A program made the translations under genes and the position numbers. A stretch of 63,385 bases of DNA, the filler included, from Reclinomonas americana ATCC 50394 (taxonomy: Eukaryota), in assembly GCA_048213135.1 (NCBI GenBank). It is 7 parts of 4 records of this genome, joined end to end, with 100 filler letters (N's around TTAATTAATTAA, not from the genome) between each part and the next. Parts side by side here need not be neighbours in the genome. Positions count along the whole stretch, not along the records: positions 61,553 to 63,385 come from PS015034.1; 6 more parts are not named here. One strand, written 5' to 3'. Below the pieces are notes generated by a model. That model searched no databases. It was not told where the DNA came from and worked only from the letters and a program-made list of their open reading frames with translations. Shown one piece after another: positions 61,553 to 63,385 of the stretch. The stretch's first letter is position 1. Each line of letters begins with the position of its first letter.

Positions 61553-63385
61553 GAATCCGGCATTCGGATTTGGTGGAAGTTGCGTTGGTTGATGTGTGCA
61601 GGTTGATTTGGTGCACTTGCTGATTGTATGTCTGTGGGATTGTTGTCGCACAGAGCTCGGGATGGCAGGCGAGTCAAGTGCGTGTGTGCGATGGTCTCTT
61701 TGCTGCGTCTGACTTTGATTTTTAGCATCTGCACCACCAACGGCAGCCCCAGCAGCAGCACCAGCAGCGGCAGCAGGGAGTGCGGCTGCGGCCACTCCAC
61801 CAGCAGCGGCACCAAAGCCAGCATTCGGATTTGGTGGAAGTTGCGTTGATTAATATGTGCAAGGCAGGTTACTTGTTGTTTTGTGCTGATTGCATGCTGG
61901 CATTGTGATGCAGAGCTTGGGATGGCAGGTGAGCTGGACAAATGTGTGCGACTGTTACTGCGTGTTGTGCCTGACTTCGACTTGTGTAGCATCTGCACCA
62001 CCCACGGCAGCACCAGCAGTCGCACCAGCTCCGGAAGCAGGTAGTGCTGCCGCTGCCACTCCGCCAGCGGCGGCACCGAAGCCAGCATTCGCATTTGGTG
62101 GAAGTTGCGTCGATTAATTCGTGAAGTTTAGTTGGTGCTTGTGCTAATTGGACATCTGGGGCGTGTTGTTGTTGCAGAGTTGGGGGCGGCAGGTGAGTGG
62201 ATGAGTGTTGCATGTGATCTGTATCTGTTCTGTAGTTCTGACTTGGACTTGCACAGCATCTGCTGCACCTGCGGCAGCACCCGAAGCAGGAAGTGCTTCT
62301 GCGGCCACTCCACCAGCAGCGGCACCGAAACCGGCATTCGGATTTGGTGGAAGTTGCGTTGATTAATATGTGCAAGGCAGGTTACTTGTTGTTTTGTGCT
62401 GATTGCATGCTGGCACTGTGATGCAGAGCTTGGCATGGCAGGTGAGTCGAATGCGTGTGTGTGTAGTGAGCGCTATAACTATGCAGTGCATCTAATTTGG
62501 ACTGTACAGCATCTGCGCCACCAGCAGCAGCACCAGCACCCGAAGCAGGGAGTGCTGCGGCAGCCACTCCACCGGCAGCGGCACCGAAACCGGCATTCGG
62601 GTTTGGTGGAAGTTGCGCTGGTTGATATGTGCAGATTGCTTTGATTTGTGCTGACATGTCTGCGGCGTTGGTGTTATGCAGAGCTTGGTATGGCAGGTGA
62701 GTCGCGTGTAAAGAGGATTGTCTCTGTGCTGTTTTTCTGACTTGATATTGTGTAGCATCTGCACCACCAGTATCAGCACCTGCACCTGCTTCGGCGCCGG
62801 AAGCAGGTAGTGCTGCTGCCACGCCGCCAGCAGCGGCACCGAAGCCAGCATTTGGATCTGGCGGAAGTTGCGTTGATTAATGTGTGCAAGTTGTCAGTTG
62901 TTTTGTGCTGACATGTCTGCGGCGTTGTTGTTGTCGTGCAGAGTTGGGGATGGCAGGTGAGTCGGATATGTGTGCACGTCACTATGCGGTGCGTCTGACG
63001 TGGACTTGTATAGCATCTGCGCCACCAGCGGCAGCACCATCAGCAGCCCCAGCAGCACCAGCAGCACCAGCAGCACCAGAGGCAACACCAGCCGCAGTGC
63101 CAGCGGCGCCGGAAGCAGGAAGTGCTGCGGCAGCCGCTCCGCCCACAGGCCTTCCGAAGCCAGCTTTCGGATTTGGTGGAAGTTGCATTGTAGTTGTGCA
63201 TGTGACATTAGTTTGTTGCTTGTGCTGATTGCACGTCTGTGGTGTTGATGTTGCAGAGTTGGGGATTGCAGGTGAGTGGATGAGTGTTGCATATCATCAT
63301 CTGTATCTGTTCTGTAGTTCTGACTTGGACTTGCACAGCATCTGCAGCACCAGTTCCAGAGGCTGGCAGTGCGGCAGCCGCTCCT
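61553..63385 (+). CDS. FxFG-repeat (Nsp1/Nup62/Nup153-like) Ala/Pro-rich protein encoded by tandem exon + microexon cassettes (partial at both ends)
   Basis: Long exons 61726-61839, 61990-62103, 62257-62352, 62510-62611, 62756-62866, 63014-63181 alternate with 15-nt microexons 61654-61668, 61914-61928, 62178-62192, 62427-62441, 62682-62696, 62942-62956, 63257-63271. The spliced repeat is ASAPP..AP..EAGSAAAATPPAAAPKPAFGFGG-KLGMA. Confidence 0.75.

Noticed and set aside
61553-63385. Regular repeat/spacer pattern resembling a CRISPR array, and minus-strand Gly/Ala-rich ORFs
   Set aside because: Eukaryotic context, no cas genes, the 'spacers' are homologous to each other, and plus-strand splice signals with frame-preserving exons explain the pattern.

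Overview
Draft-assembly window from an intron-rich, microsatellite-rich eukaryote, probably a protist. It has spliceosomal introns, GC-rich exons, many N gaps, six synthetic TTAATTAATTAA contig linkers and pyrosequencing-like TACG noise. The ORF track is mostly uninformative, so I reconstructed genes by hand-splicing. In order: pepsin-like protease A (-); a large secreted NHL/FN3/cadherin-like/PAN protein (+); membrane-anchored pepsin-like protease B (-); an ankyrin/coiled-coil/IRAK-Pelle-type kinase (-) head-to-head (69 bp between ATGs) with an NLR-like NACHT-pentapeptide-WD40-PH gene (+); a secreted Pro/Lys-repeat protein; low-complexity genes; a BAG6-like UBL protein; mitochondrial ADHFE1; a TTL/Pby1-like ATP-grasp ligase; CTDNEP1/Nem1; the last exon of an acid lipase; a bacterial-type cupin; and an FxFG-repeat gene built from tandem exon plus 15-nt microexon cassettes. 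The top candidate for a new system is the divergent NLR plus IRAK/Pelle-like kinase pair. The kinase has a direct myristoylation N-terminus (MGATAS). The NLR has no effector domain and starts MLRGG|GCASSK, a ubiquitin-tail-like cleavage site in front of a cryptic lipidation motif. All family calls come from motif recognition only; no searches were run.
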